DNA of 64,000 nucleotides from Octopus vulgaris (taxonomy: Eukaryota), in assembly GCA_951406725.2 (NCBI GenBank), contig OX597832.1:57288001-57352000 (forward strand), written 5' to 3'. Numbering within the stretch: the stretch's first letter is position 1; the number at the start of each line of letters is the position of its first letter. A program made the position numbers and the translations under genes. The notes beneath the pieces are model-generated. The model was not told the DNA's origin. It ran no database searches and saw only the letters and a list, made by a program, of their open reading frames with translations. Shown in pieces: positions 38,020 through 51,799 of this stretch.

Positions 38020-39181
38020 AGCTAACCAGAGCACTGAATACAGCAATATTTGCTATGAAAGTTCGTTGTACTCTTAGATCTGTAAGTCTATATGAAAGGA
38101 CCTCTCAAGGTGAATACTACCATATTCAGCATGCTTATAATAAATCTACATTTAGTTGGCTATAAAGGTTGCTATTTGATATTAGTATTGCTTCCATTTG
38201 AAGGCAATGTTTTTGTATTTTAAAGCGGGGAGCTGGCAGAAATGTTAGCCTGTTGGGCGAAAAGCTTAGGTTCTGAGTTCAAATTCCGCCAAGGTTGACT
38301 TTGCCTTTCATCTTTATAGGGTCGATGAATTAAGTACCAGCTGCGTACTGGGGTCGATCTAATCAACTGGCCCCACCTCCCCAAAAATTTCGAGCCTTTT
38401 GCCTAAAGTAGAAAAGAATATTTTTGTATTTTAACGCTAAGGGAAGTAACTCTAAGTGAATCATTGTAGTAGCAGCAGTGACATTTCACTGCTACCATAG
38501 CAACCAAATGCTATTTCTCCTTCAAGTATAAATTTGAAAGCTGAGTCAATGGTGAGGAGTTCCAACTAGATGAAATCTCCCAGCGGTTTCAATGCACAAA
38601 TCTCCAATATCCAAAAAGCTGAAAAGTGTCTGCAGAAGGACACCCAGGAGCCATGACCTGGATTCAGCCCAGGCCCCTTAAAATGTTAGAAGTTAAGGGC
38701 CGAAATACTTGTCCGAGTGGACGGGGGTTCATCTCTGAAGATCATCTGCTGTTCAGCTCTCTTGAGAGTTTCTATCTCTTTTCATTATTTCAAAATAATT
38801 CTCTGTACCATAGCATATTGTCGTCTCCATACTGCCAATCAATGAAATTTTCTACGAATATATGTGTTATATCATGTAGATTCCGAATATACAAAACTTT
38901 TCGGGGAAAGTGTTTTAGGAGCGGGTGGGGTGGGGAATTTCGGAAAATTCACCGGCGTTCACTTCAATTCGTCTTAACTTTCAAGAAAATAAATATTTTT
39001 TAATGAAATTTTTTACAAATATACCTCAGACTATGTAGATTCCGAGAACATAAGAATTTTGGGGGAAAACAATTGGGGGTTACTTTTGAGGACCGTTCCC
39101 CACTCGGGGATGTTTCAGAACAAGTCGTCCATATTTGTTTCATTTTCTCCGTTTTGTGCGTTTATGCATCCGTAGATTTCT

Positions 39182-39248
<67 letters not shown>

Positions 39249-40261
39249 GCGCGCACATATGTAATTAAAAAAGTTCAAACGGGGAATTATTCTATTCAGT
39301 GTCTTTCTGTTAGATACGTTTAGACCTTTAGCTGGTGTTTTTAGCATAACGAATTTTCTGGAGACAGCTTCATTGCAAGCTGCTTCAGTAGAAATCTACG
39401 GATGCACAAACGCACAAAACGGTTATGATCATCCAAAGTCGGATGGGGGGAGGGCAAGAATCTGTACTTATACCTATTGTCCGGGGCCAGGAGTTGATGC
39501 TGCTGTTAGCACTGCTACTGTAAGCTAGTTACATTTAACAATTATTCTAACTTTTCAGTCGCTACACCATCACCTTTTCCTTTCTTATTTCCTAGAAATA
39601 TTCACGATATTTAATGGCATATAAAATGCACTTTTTAAAAAAAATGTCCCAGAAAAGTCACCCTGAGTCCTATATTCAAAGTTGGTCGTGTATTACATAC
39701 TCTAATGCTCGGATATCTTGCTTTTTCTTCCCTGAATATGCCCCAGTTAAATTGGGGTGCGCCTCATATACCCTTGCACTTTTTTACGTCATCAAATAGT
39801 TTTTTCGTAGATGAGTCAAACTAAAGTTAACTCCCTTACATGCTTCAACTAGAACATAAAATACAATTATATTTATACAGCTCTTGTTAAATTTATCCCC
39901 TATCTCTTCAGAAAACCGTAACTCAGTTTCTTTCGTTAAAAAGAGAAAAGAAATTAAAATTATTAAGGCATCTTCAAAATTTATCTTTGAACAAAATTGC
40001 TAAATAGAAATTAGCTGCCTGATATTTAAGAATTTACGCAGAAGAGCATACAAGGGAAGTAAACTTGTTGGCTTCAATGAATTGCTTCCCTTGTGTATTT
40101 TTTGTTTGTTTTTGTTTTAATATAGTTCGTCCAACTTATGACGTATTCCTCCTTTGAATGTCATTGTTAGAAAGTATTATTTTTTCCCAGTTTGTCAATT
40201 ATTGCATTTAAAAAGAAATAAAAGAGATCAATTTTATCAATTCATAATCTGATCGTGAAAA

Positions 40262-40297
<36 letters not shown>

Positions 40298-40349
40298 TTT
40301 GTGCAGATTTACTTTACTGCCGCTTCCCCCCCCCATTCTGTACTGTCAC

Positions 40350-41260
40350 TTATCCCCTCCTTCCCCCCTCCTCCTCTTACTCCTTCTCCCCTTCCTCTTC
40401 CTCCTTCTCCTCTTCCTCTTTCTCCTCTTCCTTCTCCTCTTTCTCTTCCTCTGCTTCCTTCTTCTCTTTCTCTTCCTCCTCTTCCTCCTTCTCTTTCTCC
40501 TCTTTCTCTTCCTCCTCCTTCTCCTCTTTCCCTTCCTCCTTCTCCTCTTTCCCTTCCTCCTTCTCTTTCACTTCCTCCTCTTCCTCATCCTCCTCCTCCT
40601 CTTTCTCTTCCTCCTTCTCCTCTTTCTCTTCCCCCTCTTCCTCCTTCTCTTTCTCTTCCTCCTCCTCCTCCTCCTCTTTCTCCTCTTTCTCTTCCTCTTC
40701 CTCCTTCTCTTTCTCTTCCTCCTCCTCCTCCTCCTCCTCTTTCTCCTCTTTCTCTTCCCCCTCTTCCTCCTTCTCTTTCTCTTCCTCCTCCTCCTCCTCC
40801 TCTTTCTCCTCTTTCTCTTCCCCCTCTTCCTCCTTCTCTTTCTCTTCCTCCTCCTCCTTCTCCTCTTTCTCTTCTTTCTCTTCCCCCTCTTCCTCCTTCT
40901 CCTCTTTCTCTTCCCCCTCTTCCTCCTTCTCTTTCTCTTCCTCCTTCTCTTTCTCTTCCTCCTTCTCTTTCTCTTCCTCCTTCTCTTTCTCTTCCTTCTC
41001 TTTCTCTTCCTCCTTATCTTTCTCTTCCTCCTTCTCCTCTTTCTCTTCCTCCTTCTCCTCTTTCTCTTCCTCCTTCTCTTTCTCTTCCTCCCCCTCCCCC
41101 TCTTTCTCTTCCTCCTCTTTCTCTTCCTCCTCTTTCTCTTCCTCCTCTTTCTCTTCCTCCTCTTCCTCTTCCTCCTCCTCTTTCTCTTCCTCCTCTTCCT
41201 CTTTCTCCTCTTTCTCTTCCTCCTCTTCCCCCTTCTCTTCTTTCTCTTCTGCCTCCTCGC
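40350..41260 (+). repeat. Approx. 900-bp polypyrimidine (TCT/TCC/TTC) tract
   Basis: Almost exclusively C/T on the plus strand. Confidence 0.95.
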
Positions 41261-42702
41261 TGAGCTATTTCTTTTACCTCCTCCCTCAATACTAATATTT
41301 ACCATCAGCCATCCTTGTACAGGATTCACTACAGTCTCCTCTTCTTCCTTCCCATCTGTTGCTCTCCTCTCACATACGAACTTATTGATCTCCACTCCCT
41401 GATTCTCAGTCTGTATTCTCTCCAATACTCATCTTTTTGTATCTTGAGTGTGTGGAGGGGGGGTTGGTTAAAGCATAGTTCTACTTCTTCACAGGTCCTC
41501 TCATCGCATCAATGTTTCTGTGGGAGCCCTATTTTCCTAAATCCTTTGGCCAGAACCTAATGGCAAATTCTCTGAACTCATGCGGCCACTGGAACGAGGG
41601 CCTCAAAGCAGTAGAGGCCCATGCTAGTTGTCCCTCTGCTCGCAATAGCTCCCTCGCTCCTGTCTTTCCGGGGAGGCCGCTCAGCTGTTCTCACATTGTC
41701 ACTGACCCTATACTTTGCCCCCTCCCCACCAACCTCAACCCCCCACACTCTGACACTTTGTCCCCAACACCCTTGTCTTCTTGCCAGCTGATCCCACCTG
41801 GTCAATGGAACAGCCTACTCGTGAAATGAACATGCACGTGATTGAGTACTCCATGGATACGTGTATCCTTCAGTGTAGTTCTCAGGGAGAATCAGCATGA
41901 CAACAGAGAGTGGCAAGGCTGGGCTCGTTTGAAATACAGGTGCAACTCGTTTCTTGCCACCCGAGTCAGCTGGAGCAACATGAAGTAAAGTGTCTTGCTC
42001 AAGGACATAATTTGCTGCCAGGAATTGAACTCATGATCTTACCATCTTGACTCAAATACCTTGACCACTAAGCTGCATGCCTTTCCCAGCCAACTCCTGC
42101 CAGCATGGAAAAGGGATTTTAAGTGATGACGATGATGATGACTATGAATTTCATGTAACAACAACATACACTATACTGTATACGCACTCTGCCCCCCACC
42201 CCCCATGTAGAAACACACATATAAACACTCACATACACACGCACACCATATTCTTTTCTATTCTAGGCATAATGCCCGAAATTTTGGGGAGGTGGGGGGG
42301 CAGTAGATTTGATTGACCCCAGTATGTAACTGGTACTTAATTTATCGACCCCAAAAAGATGAAAGGCAATGTGGTGGAATTTGAACTTGGAACGTAATAG
42401 CAGACGAAATACCTATTTCTTTACTACCCACAAGGGGCTAAACACAGAGAGGACAAACAAGGACAGACAAACGGCTTAAATTGATTATATTGACCTCAGT
42501 GCGAAACTGGTACTTATTTAATCGACCCCGAAAGGATGAAAGGCAATGTCGACCTTGGTGGAATTTGAACTCGGAACGTAACAGCAGACGAAATACCGCT
42601 AAGTATTTCGCCCGGCGTGCTAACGTTTCTGTCAGTTCATCGCCTTACTCCATATATGACATATACACTCACCATGTACTCCATATTTGTACCCTATACT
42701 AT

Positions 42703-43012
42703 ATATTTACAAAGTCAGAAAACAGCACAGCTCCCATGACTTTAGGAAACATTTTTTCACGCTGAGAGTTGCTGAAGCATGGAACAAACTGCCGGCATCA
42801 GTTGTTAGTTGTCGGAGCACTGCATCCTTCAAAACTTCCATGCTTTCTGAGATTCACCAACACTACACCTGATTTTCTCCCCTCCATACACAAGCAAGCA
42901 TGTATCTGACTCATACACTTGTTCACTTCCTAGACATTTGTACATTACTGCATATGCTTTATACGCACTTTCTGACAAGTTATGGTGCACCTGAGCACTG
43001 TATACAATAATT

Positions 43013-43058
<46 letters not shown>
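42703..43058 (+). mobile_element. CR1-clade LINE 3' end (second family)
   Basis: ORF 42687-42872 includes YKVRKQHSSHDFRKHFFTLRVAEAWNKLPASVV; (TTA)n tail. Confidence 0.85.
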
Positions 43059-43059
<1 letters not shown>

Positions 43060-43814
43060 CCCCATATGCATATCACCCTTGTTTGTGTACATATGTGTGG
43101 TATGATGTTAGTGTGGTGTTTGTTGTGGTGGTGGTGGTGGTGGCAGTGGCTCCAATTGAAATTTAGTGTTTGAGTAAGCATATTATACACCATACACACT
43201 TATGGAATGCTCTATTCCAGGCACATTCCATGCACCTGTTGCCATAAAGAATGCAGAAATCTGTTTGAGAATTTTAGATAAAAAAAGTATTTATATTTAT
43301 TGTTAACAAATTAAATGTTGCCATCACTACCAACAGCAAACACCAAGATAGTTCGAAGTTTACTTTTGTTGGACTTGGTATGATAGCAGTTGCTGTTGTG
43401 AGTTTCATGGTGTTAGGTGGTCATACATTGTTGTTGCTGCTGCAGCTGTTGTTCATCTTTTGGGTGTTGTGGCACCATTCTGATTCACTTGCTGGTTCAC
43501 TGCTACCGTTGGCTGTCCCCCCTGTCTGCTGTGTTTGTTCTCTTTTGGGTAGTGGCCAAACCTGTGGAGGCGCAATGGCCAAGTGGTTAGGGCAGCATAC
43601 TCACAGTTGTAGGATCGTGGTTTCGATTCCCAGACTGGGCGTTGTGAGTGTTTATTGAGTGAAAACACCTAAAGCTCCACAAGGCGCCAGCAGGGGGTGG
43701 TGGCAAACCCTGCTGTACTCTTTCACCACAACTTTCTCTCACTCTTTCTTTCTGTTTCTGCTGTACCTGTATTTCAAAGGGCTAGCCTTGTCACACTCTG
43801 TGTCACGTTGAATC

Positions 43815-44135
43815 TCCAGATGTCTTTGTGGATAACATTTCTGATTGCCTCATCTGACACATGGAGAACTTTTGCTATTCACTTCATGGATTTTCCAGAA
43901 TTTCCGTCATTGATCTGTCAAACTTGCTGAATAAATCCTTGTGTTTTGATGGTACCAGAGTGTTGGAAATGCTTTTATGCATTTTGATACTAGTAATAGC
44001 TTTCCAACAGAGGCTTTTAACTTCTTGCAAACTCTGTAGATGTAAGATTTAGCAACTATTAAAAACTGTGCTATTTCTATTTCACTGTGCTCAGCCTTTA
44101 AGGCTACAATTACAGCTTTCCTTTCCATTCCTTGA
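43815..44135 (-). mobile_element. Tc1/mariner transposase N-terminal (HTH) fragment
   Basis: MERKAVIVALKAEHSEIEIAQFLIVAKSYIYRVCKKL resembles the HTH region of maT-like transposases. Degenerate. Confidence 0.6.
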
Positions 44136-44534
44136 GTAGGCTTACAAAGAATAAGTCCTGGGGTTGATTTGCTCAACTAAAAAGCAGTGCTCCAGCATAG
44201 CCACAGTCAAACACTGAAACAAGTATAAAAGTAAAAGAGTAAAGAGTAACCTACACTCCCTGTATAATGATGGACTTGGTCAGAAAAAGCATACCAAAGA
44301 GGGAATTATTGCTAGATCTGGTTCCACACAATTTGGTTCCTCATGATCTGGTTCCATATGACTGGACATAATTTTCCATGATGTTGGTAATATTTTAGCA
44401 AATTGCAATCATTTTCTATAGATTTCTTTTTGCATGGGATATGGTGGTCTTGGTTTGATTTCTAAGTTATGCAGTTGCTAAATATTCCTGCCGCATACCA
44501 TATTCGCTATATCATTTACAGTACACACATAATA

Positions 44535-45377
44535 CAAGGTGCGATGAGTAAATTGTCGCCATTTTCTATTCTTAATTTTCCGCATGTGCTTTTTTTGATT
44601 TTGATTTTGTTGACTACACAGTATAGTAGGGTCAGTTGGGCACCATCCATGAGAAAAAACGACACTGTACTGTTTGGCATTTGAGCCAGAAAATCCAGTA
44701 AGTACATTTCAGAGTGTTTGGATGTCAATCTGAGTGTTTGCTGTGTCCTCGAGTAACGAGAGTGATAAAAATTAAACATCCAGTCAACATCATGGGATTT
44801 GGAGTGATCACTAGTGACGGTGACATTATGCTTCCATTCATCTTTCAACACAGCCTCAGACTCAATATGGAGATCTACATTAAGTGCCTGGAGGAGGTAG
44901 TGCTGCCCTGGGTCAAAAGGGTGGCTACTGGAAGACCCTGTGTCTGGCGACAGGACTCTGCACCATGCCACACAAGCAGGAGAACACAGTCACAGCTGTC
45001 AAACAATTTCTGCGACCACATCACTCCTAACATCTGGCCACCTAACTCCTCAGACTGATTCTCCATTGATTATTATGTGTGGGGCACAGCTGAGTGAGAG
45101 ACCAACAAAATTCCTTGTAACACCAAAGATGAACTGAAGGCAACGATTATGGTAGCATTCACCAACTTACACAAAGAGACCGTCCAGAAGAGTTGCAGGA
45201 GATTCGGAAGTTGTCTAGAGGTTGTAGTTGAAGCCAATGGCAATTTTATTAGCTAAATTTACTCTTTAGTATTTCAAGATATTTTTATGTAATTTTGGTA
45301 AATATGTCTTAAAATGAAATGTCAATATTATTTTCATTTTTGCGTTATTTAGATGACAGTTTATTCACCGTAACCTG
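44535..45377 (+). mobile_element. Internally deleted Tc1/mariner DD37D (maT-type) transposon
   Basis: TA flanks and imperfect TIRs of about 27 bp (CAAGGTGCGATGAGTAAATTGTC / CAGGTTACGGTGAATAAACTGTC). QDSAPCH...WPPNSSD*FSIDYYVW has 37 residues between the last two Asp. Confidence 0.88.
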
Positions 45378-47412
45378 TATACATGCTATACACATTGTAT
45401 AGACTATACACACAACACATATCCACTGTATATACACAATACGTGTAGAATATACTATACTATACATATAGGCACAGCTGTGGCTGCTTAGTAAGTTTGC
45501 TTCTCAACCTCATGGTTCTAGGTTCAGTTCCACTGCATAGCACCTTGGGTAAGTGTTTTCTACTATGGCCTTAGGTTGACCATAGCATTGTGACTGAATT
45601 TGGTAAAGGAAACAGAAAGAAACCTGTCATGTGTGTGTGTATGATGATGATGATGATGATCCTGATCATCATCATCAAACGTCCATTGTCCGTGCTGGCA
45701 TGGATTGGATGGCTTGACTGGGTTGGCACGCTTGAAGGCTGCACCAGACTCCAGTCTCATTTGGCAGGGTTTTCTATGGCTGGATGCCCTTCCTAATGCC
45801 AACCACTCAAAGAGTGTAATGAGTGCTTTTACGTACCACTGGCACAGGTGCCATTTGAGTGACACCGGTATCTGCCATGACTGCGATTTTGCTCAGCTTC
45901 ATGAGTCTTCTTCTCAAGCATGATATTATGCCAAAGGTCTTGGTCATTGCCTCTGCAAGACCCAACACTTGAAAGAAACTCAGCCACTTTGCCTTTATCA
46001 AGCCCAATGCTCATATATATATCATCATCATCATCGTTTAGCATCTGCTTTCTATGCAGGCATGGGTTGGATGGTTCACCTGGGGTCTGGGAAGCCAGAA
46101 GGCCGCACCAGGCCCAGTTTGATCTGGCAATGTTTCTACGGCTGGATGCCCTTCCTAACGCCAACCACTCCATGAGTGTAGTGGGTGCTTTTTACGTGCC
46201 AGACGAGGCTGACAAACGGCCACGATTGGATGGTGCTTTTTACGTGCCACTGGCACATATATATATATATATATATATAGAAGTAGGTGTGGCTGTATGG
46301 TGAGAAGTTTGCCCCCCAACAGCATGGTTCTGGGCTCAGTTCCACTGCATGGTACCTTGGCCAAGTGTCTTCTGTTATAGCCCTGGGTTGACTAAAGCCT
46401 TCTGAGTGGATTTGGTTGATGGAAACTGAAAGAAGCCTGTCATATCTATCTATATATATATCTATGTGTGTTTGGGGGTCATTGTGTATGTATTTGTCTC
46501 CCACCACAAACGTGGCAACCTGTGTTTGTTACTTTACATCCCTTTAATTTGACAGTTTTGCTAGACTAATAAAATAAGTCCCAGGCTTAACCCCCCCTCC
46601 CAAATGTCCTGGGGTTGATTTGTTTGACAGTATGGCCGCAGTCCAGCGATTGAAACACGTAGAAGATAAAAAGATACCCTACACGATACACATACCATAC
46701 ACAATAAACACATACACACACACACACACTCACAAATTTTTCACACACACACAATTTTTCACACACACAAATTTTTCACACACACACACACACACAAATT
46801 TTTCACATACACGTGCGCACACACACACACACAAATTTTTCATACACACACACAAATTTTCACATACACACACACACACACATACTCTTTATACACACAT
46901 ATGCACACACCCTGTACACGATGTCTTTAATCACACCATGAGCCGCCGCCACCACCACCGGAAACTCGTTAACAATTATCAGAAGCCAATAATACATCTA
47001 AACTGAACAAATAATAAACACGGTACATCATACAATATACACAGGACATATGTAAACTTACACGGAGGCCACGAGTAATATTCATTGTAATCAGCAAAAC
47101 ACACAAGAAACAAATTTGGCAGACATCAAACATTGCAAAGAGACACAGCAAACAGACTTTTGCTTCACCATCGAACCATCGTCGAATGCTCCATACTAGT
47201 GTCACCGGTTACCAATGTTGCTGTTTGTTGTTGTTTTGGTTGTTGTTGTCGTTGTTGTTGGTTCTTTTTTCGCTATGTTTTATTATGTTTTATCGTTTAC
47301 ATCTGATGATCTGATGTCATCATTCCTTCGCTATTGATGCGTGTGTATTGACATTATACATACCAGAGGTGTGTGTATTGATATTGTGTGTGTGTGTGTA
47401 TATATATGTATG

Positions 47413-47478
<66 letters not shown>

Positions 47479-47995
47479 TGTATGTATAGCTATGTGTGTG
47501 ATGTATGTGTGTATATATATATATCTATATATACGTATATATGTGTGTGTGTATATATATATATATGTATATATATGTGTATATATATATGTATGTAGTA
47601 TATATATATGTATATAAATGTGCGTGTGTATATATATATATACATGTGTGTGTGTGTGTATATATATATATTTGTATATAAATATATATATACATATATA
47701 TATATATGTGTGTATATGTGTATGTATGTATATATAAGAGGTGTATTGATGTTATACACACCAGAATACCAAAGCATTTGTAAACGGATGAGCTGGTTTG
47801 ATTTTTGTTTGACTTTTTTTCTATATGGCTGGGTAATCATTGTATATGGAGGGAGATAGGGAGTGTGGGGGAGAGTAGCGATGTGTGTATGTATATGTGC
47901 AATGTATTTGCATAGTATATATACATGTGTGTGTATATATGTGTATATATATATGTATATATATATATACATACACACACACACAAACATACATT

Positions 47996-48070
<75 letters not shown>

Positions 48071-49062
48071 GTGTTGATGGTTCTGTTATAAACTACCATT
48101 GATTGGAAATCAATTGATTTCCCCGTAATCATTGCCAACCAATCAGTTTTGTTGATCATGTATCACCGCCATGCATCATTAAATCCCTGCATCCCACCCG
48201 CCGCCTCCTCTGCGTGGTCGTCAATAACAGTGACAGCAGATCGTTGCAATCCCCTACCGCTTTGATCTCTTAATCACAGTCTTCACCCTTCACCCTTCGC
48301 TTCATTACTAATTCACATTGCTTAACTAACTGAACTGCTAGCTCGGCCACCCCTGCCTAACTCCTTCATCCACTTTCGAGTCAAAGGGTCACACACCCGC
48401 ATTTATGAGTGAACTCTGTATGTATTGGGAAAACGGGACTAGTGAAGGGCTGATAAAACTGATTAAAAACCCTGTCAGCGCTTGCTATATATCAATGCAA
48501 ATTAAAACCCTTTTGATAGTGACATGCCTGAGACCACCTTTGGGTCTATGACATAAACTTCCTCTTTTAACACATTGCATAGCATAGGACTTACCGTTTC
48601 TCCCCCACCACCCATGCAATATTCTTAATATACCATGGGGGTCACTGCTGATTCACACTGGTGAAGTGTACCCTTTTTTTTATGGATCCTCACATTACTG
48701 TGGTTCTGACTACCTGATTTGAAAATTAGGAAATTTAGTGGACATTTGTTTCTTTGTATTCCTCAGGTGTTTTTTTTTTCCAATTTGATTTGCTGGATGC
48801 TGAGACAAGACCTGGTAAGGAAGGTGCAAATCACTGTTATCTCCATCATTGGAGCACTGCTCTCCGTATAATAATTTTGTTGTGAAATTAGAAACCATAA
48901 AGGCTTGGTCATCATCCTCATCATCATTTAACGTCCGTTGTCCATGCTGGCATGGGTTGGACGGTTTGACCAGGGCTGGTAAACACTGGACCCTAGTCTG
49001 CTTTGGCATGGTTTCTACAGCTGGATGCCCTTCCTAATGCCAACCACATTACAGAGTGTGCT

Positions 49063-49270
49063 GGGTGCTTTTATGTGGCACCACATGAGGCGCTTTTACA
49101 TGGTGCTACATGGGTGCTTTTACATGGTGCTACATGGGTGCTTTTACATGGTGCCACATAGGTGCTTTTACATGGTGCTACATGGGTGCTTCTACATGGT
49201 GCTACATGGGTGCTTTTACATGGTGCTACATGGATGCTTTTACATGGTGCTACATGGGTGCTTTTACATG
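49063..49270 (+). repeat. 24-bp tandem repeat (about 8 copies) derived from the RTE 3'UTR
   Basis: Unit TGGGTGCTTTTACATGGTGCTACA; it produces the MVLHGCFY repeats in the ORF track. Confidence 0.9.
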
Positions 49271-51262
49271 CTTTAGCCAGGAGTGCTTTACATCACCAAA
49301 GGAGACCAGTTTTAACACTTCTGTTGCAGAGTATGGGTCTCCTTGAGTACAATAAGGCATCTCGGACCTTTGTCATCTTGCCTGAAAGGTCCAGCATCTT
49401 GAAGTCATCCTTCAGTGCTTCATCCCATATCTTCCTGGTTCTTCCACTTCCTTGGTTATTCTTTTCTTTATTTCAGTGATTTTGACTGTGGCCATTCTGG
49501 AGCACCGCCTTTAGTCGAGCAAATCAACCCCAAGACTTATTCTTTGTAAGCCTAACACTTATGCTGTCGGTCTCTTTTGCTGAACTGCTAAGCTACGGGG
49601 ACGTAAACACACTAACATTGGTTGTCAAGCGATGATGGAGGGACAAATACAGACAATACCTTGAAAAATGTACATAATGTTTTTTCGTTATCTTTGAAAA
49701 TTAGAGCTCAAATTCCATCAAGTTCCACTTTGCCTTTCAACTTTTGGGGTTGATAAAATAAGGTATCGGTTGAGTACTGGGTTTGATGTAGTCAGCCAAC
49801 ATTCTCCCAAAAATTTCAGGCCTTGTTGAGTCTATATTAGGAACCTTAATTTTCAAAGTTAATTTATTAAAATTTTTCATTGTTTTCAAAATTAGTGTTT
49901 AAATTCCATGAAGGATACCTTTGCCTTTCATCTTTTGCGGGGGTAAATAAAATTGGGTACCAGTTGCATACTGGGGTCAATGTCGTCAGCTAGCACTCTC
50001 CCCCAAATTTCAGAACTTGTGCCTATATTAGAAATTTTAATTTTCAGAGTTAATTTCTTAAATTAAATATATTTCAACAGAAAGGCAGTGAGATGGCAGA
50101 AATGTGAAGCATGCTAGGTGAAATACTAGGTTGTATTTTGTCTGTCCTTACGTTCTGAGTTCAAATTCCACTGAGGTTGACTTTGCCTTTCATCCTTTTA
50201 GGGTCGATAAATTATGTACCAGTTGCATATTGGAGTCGATCTAATTGACTGACCCCCCCTCCCCAAAAATTTCGGGCCTTGTGCCTGGAGTAGAAAAGAA
50301 TATAAAGGCGGTGAGGTGGCAGAAATGTTAGCACACCGGGCGAAATTCTTAGCGGTATTTCATCTACCATTACATTCTGAGTTCAAAATCTGCCAAGGTC
50401 GACTTTGCCTTTCATCCTTTCGGGGTCGATAAGTTAAGTACCAGTTATACACTGGGGTCGATGTAACCGACTTAGTCCCTTTGTCTGTCCTTGTTTGTCC
50501 CCACTATGTTTAGCCCCTTGTGGGCAATAAGGATATATGAAATGCTAGATGGTATTTTGTCTGTCTGTACGTTCTGAGTTCAAATTCCACCGAGGTCGAC
50601 TTTGCCTTTCATCCTTTTGGGGTCAATAAATAAAATACCAGCTGTGTATTGGGGTCGATCTAATCAATTGGCCCCCTTCCACAAAATTTCAGGCCTTGTG
50701 CCTAGAGTAGAAAGGAATATATTTCAACAGAAATATGGGAACAAAAAGGTTAATACCATTTCAGTATCTTATTTTTTTTTTTGTCCTCCATCAGTGAATT
50801 CAACAGTTTGAACAACCAAATTATGTTGTCTTTCTGTATGAAATGTCATCTCTTCTCACGCATCACTGACCTAGTCTGCTTCTACAATATCAGAGTTGTA
50901 TTGCACGCTTCTTCTTACCGAAACTTTGCAAAGCCGTCTTCTGTTTATCAAGAACACAATGACAATTACCAACAATTTGCATAGGATGTGGTGGCATTAG
51001 CGAATATTGTTATCTGCAAATTATTGCAATCTGATAGTTTTGTATAGGAATAAATATCCCGAAAGAAATTCGATGCATCGTTCTGTATCTTTGCAGTGAT
51101 CTGAGTTTGGTAAGTGATGCCATAGAATTTTTTTGAGAAAGAAGTGAATTTACATTTATGTATGTTTCTGTGTTCTCGGTTAAATTGTGAGTTCTCTTTT
51201 ATCAAAGTTGTACAAATATGTGCATGCACACACACACACACATGTATGTGTATATATATGTG

Positions 51263-51299
<37 letters not shown>

Positions 51300-51472
51300 A
51301 TATATGTGTGTATGTATATGTATATATGTATATGTGTATATATATATGTGTATATATGTATGTGTATATATGTATATGTATATATGTATATATATATATG
51401 TATCTATATATGTATGTATGTTAGCATGGAAAACGGACGTTAAACGATGATGATGATGATGATGATGGTATA

Positions 51473-51520
<48 letters not shown>

Positions 51521-51709
51521 AGCATGGAAAACGGACGTTAAACGATGATGATGATGATATATGTATATATATATATATATATAATTATGTATATATATAT
51601 ATATATGTGTGTATATATATATATATGTGTGTGTATATATATGGTTTGTTCTGCGTTATGAAGTGTATTTCTATGTTTTCTATGTCTGATAATTGCCGTC
51701 ATGTTTCAG

Positions 51710-51799
51710 TGGAAAGGTCACGATGGACTGATATTGGTTCTGCAGTGGAATGCTATCAATGATCTGATTCTGTCTGGTGGTGAGGATTGCAAATACAAG
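51710..51799 (+). CDS. IFT80: IFT80 coding exon 6 ([30 protein letters not shown]); later exons presumably beyond the window
   Basis: Acceptor tgtttcag, donor AAG|GTAAGA, 90 nt, phase 0-0. Matches [30 protein letters not shown]. Confidence 0.96.

Noticed and set aside
40255-41425. Long ORFs (285-367 aa) rich in S/F, L/P or R/K
   Set aside because: They are translations of a C/T-only tract that cannot contain stop codons. The many YI/CV/HT/I-rich ORFs over microsatellites are rejected for the same reason.
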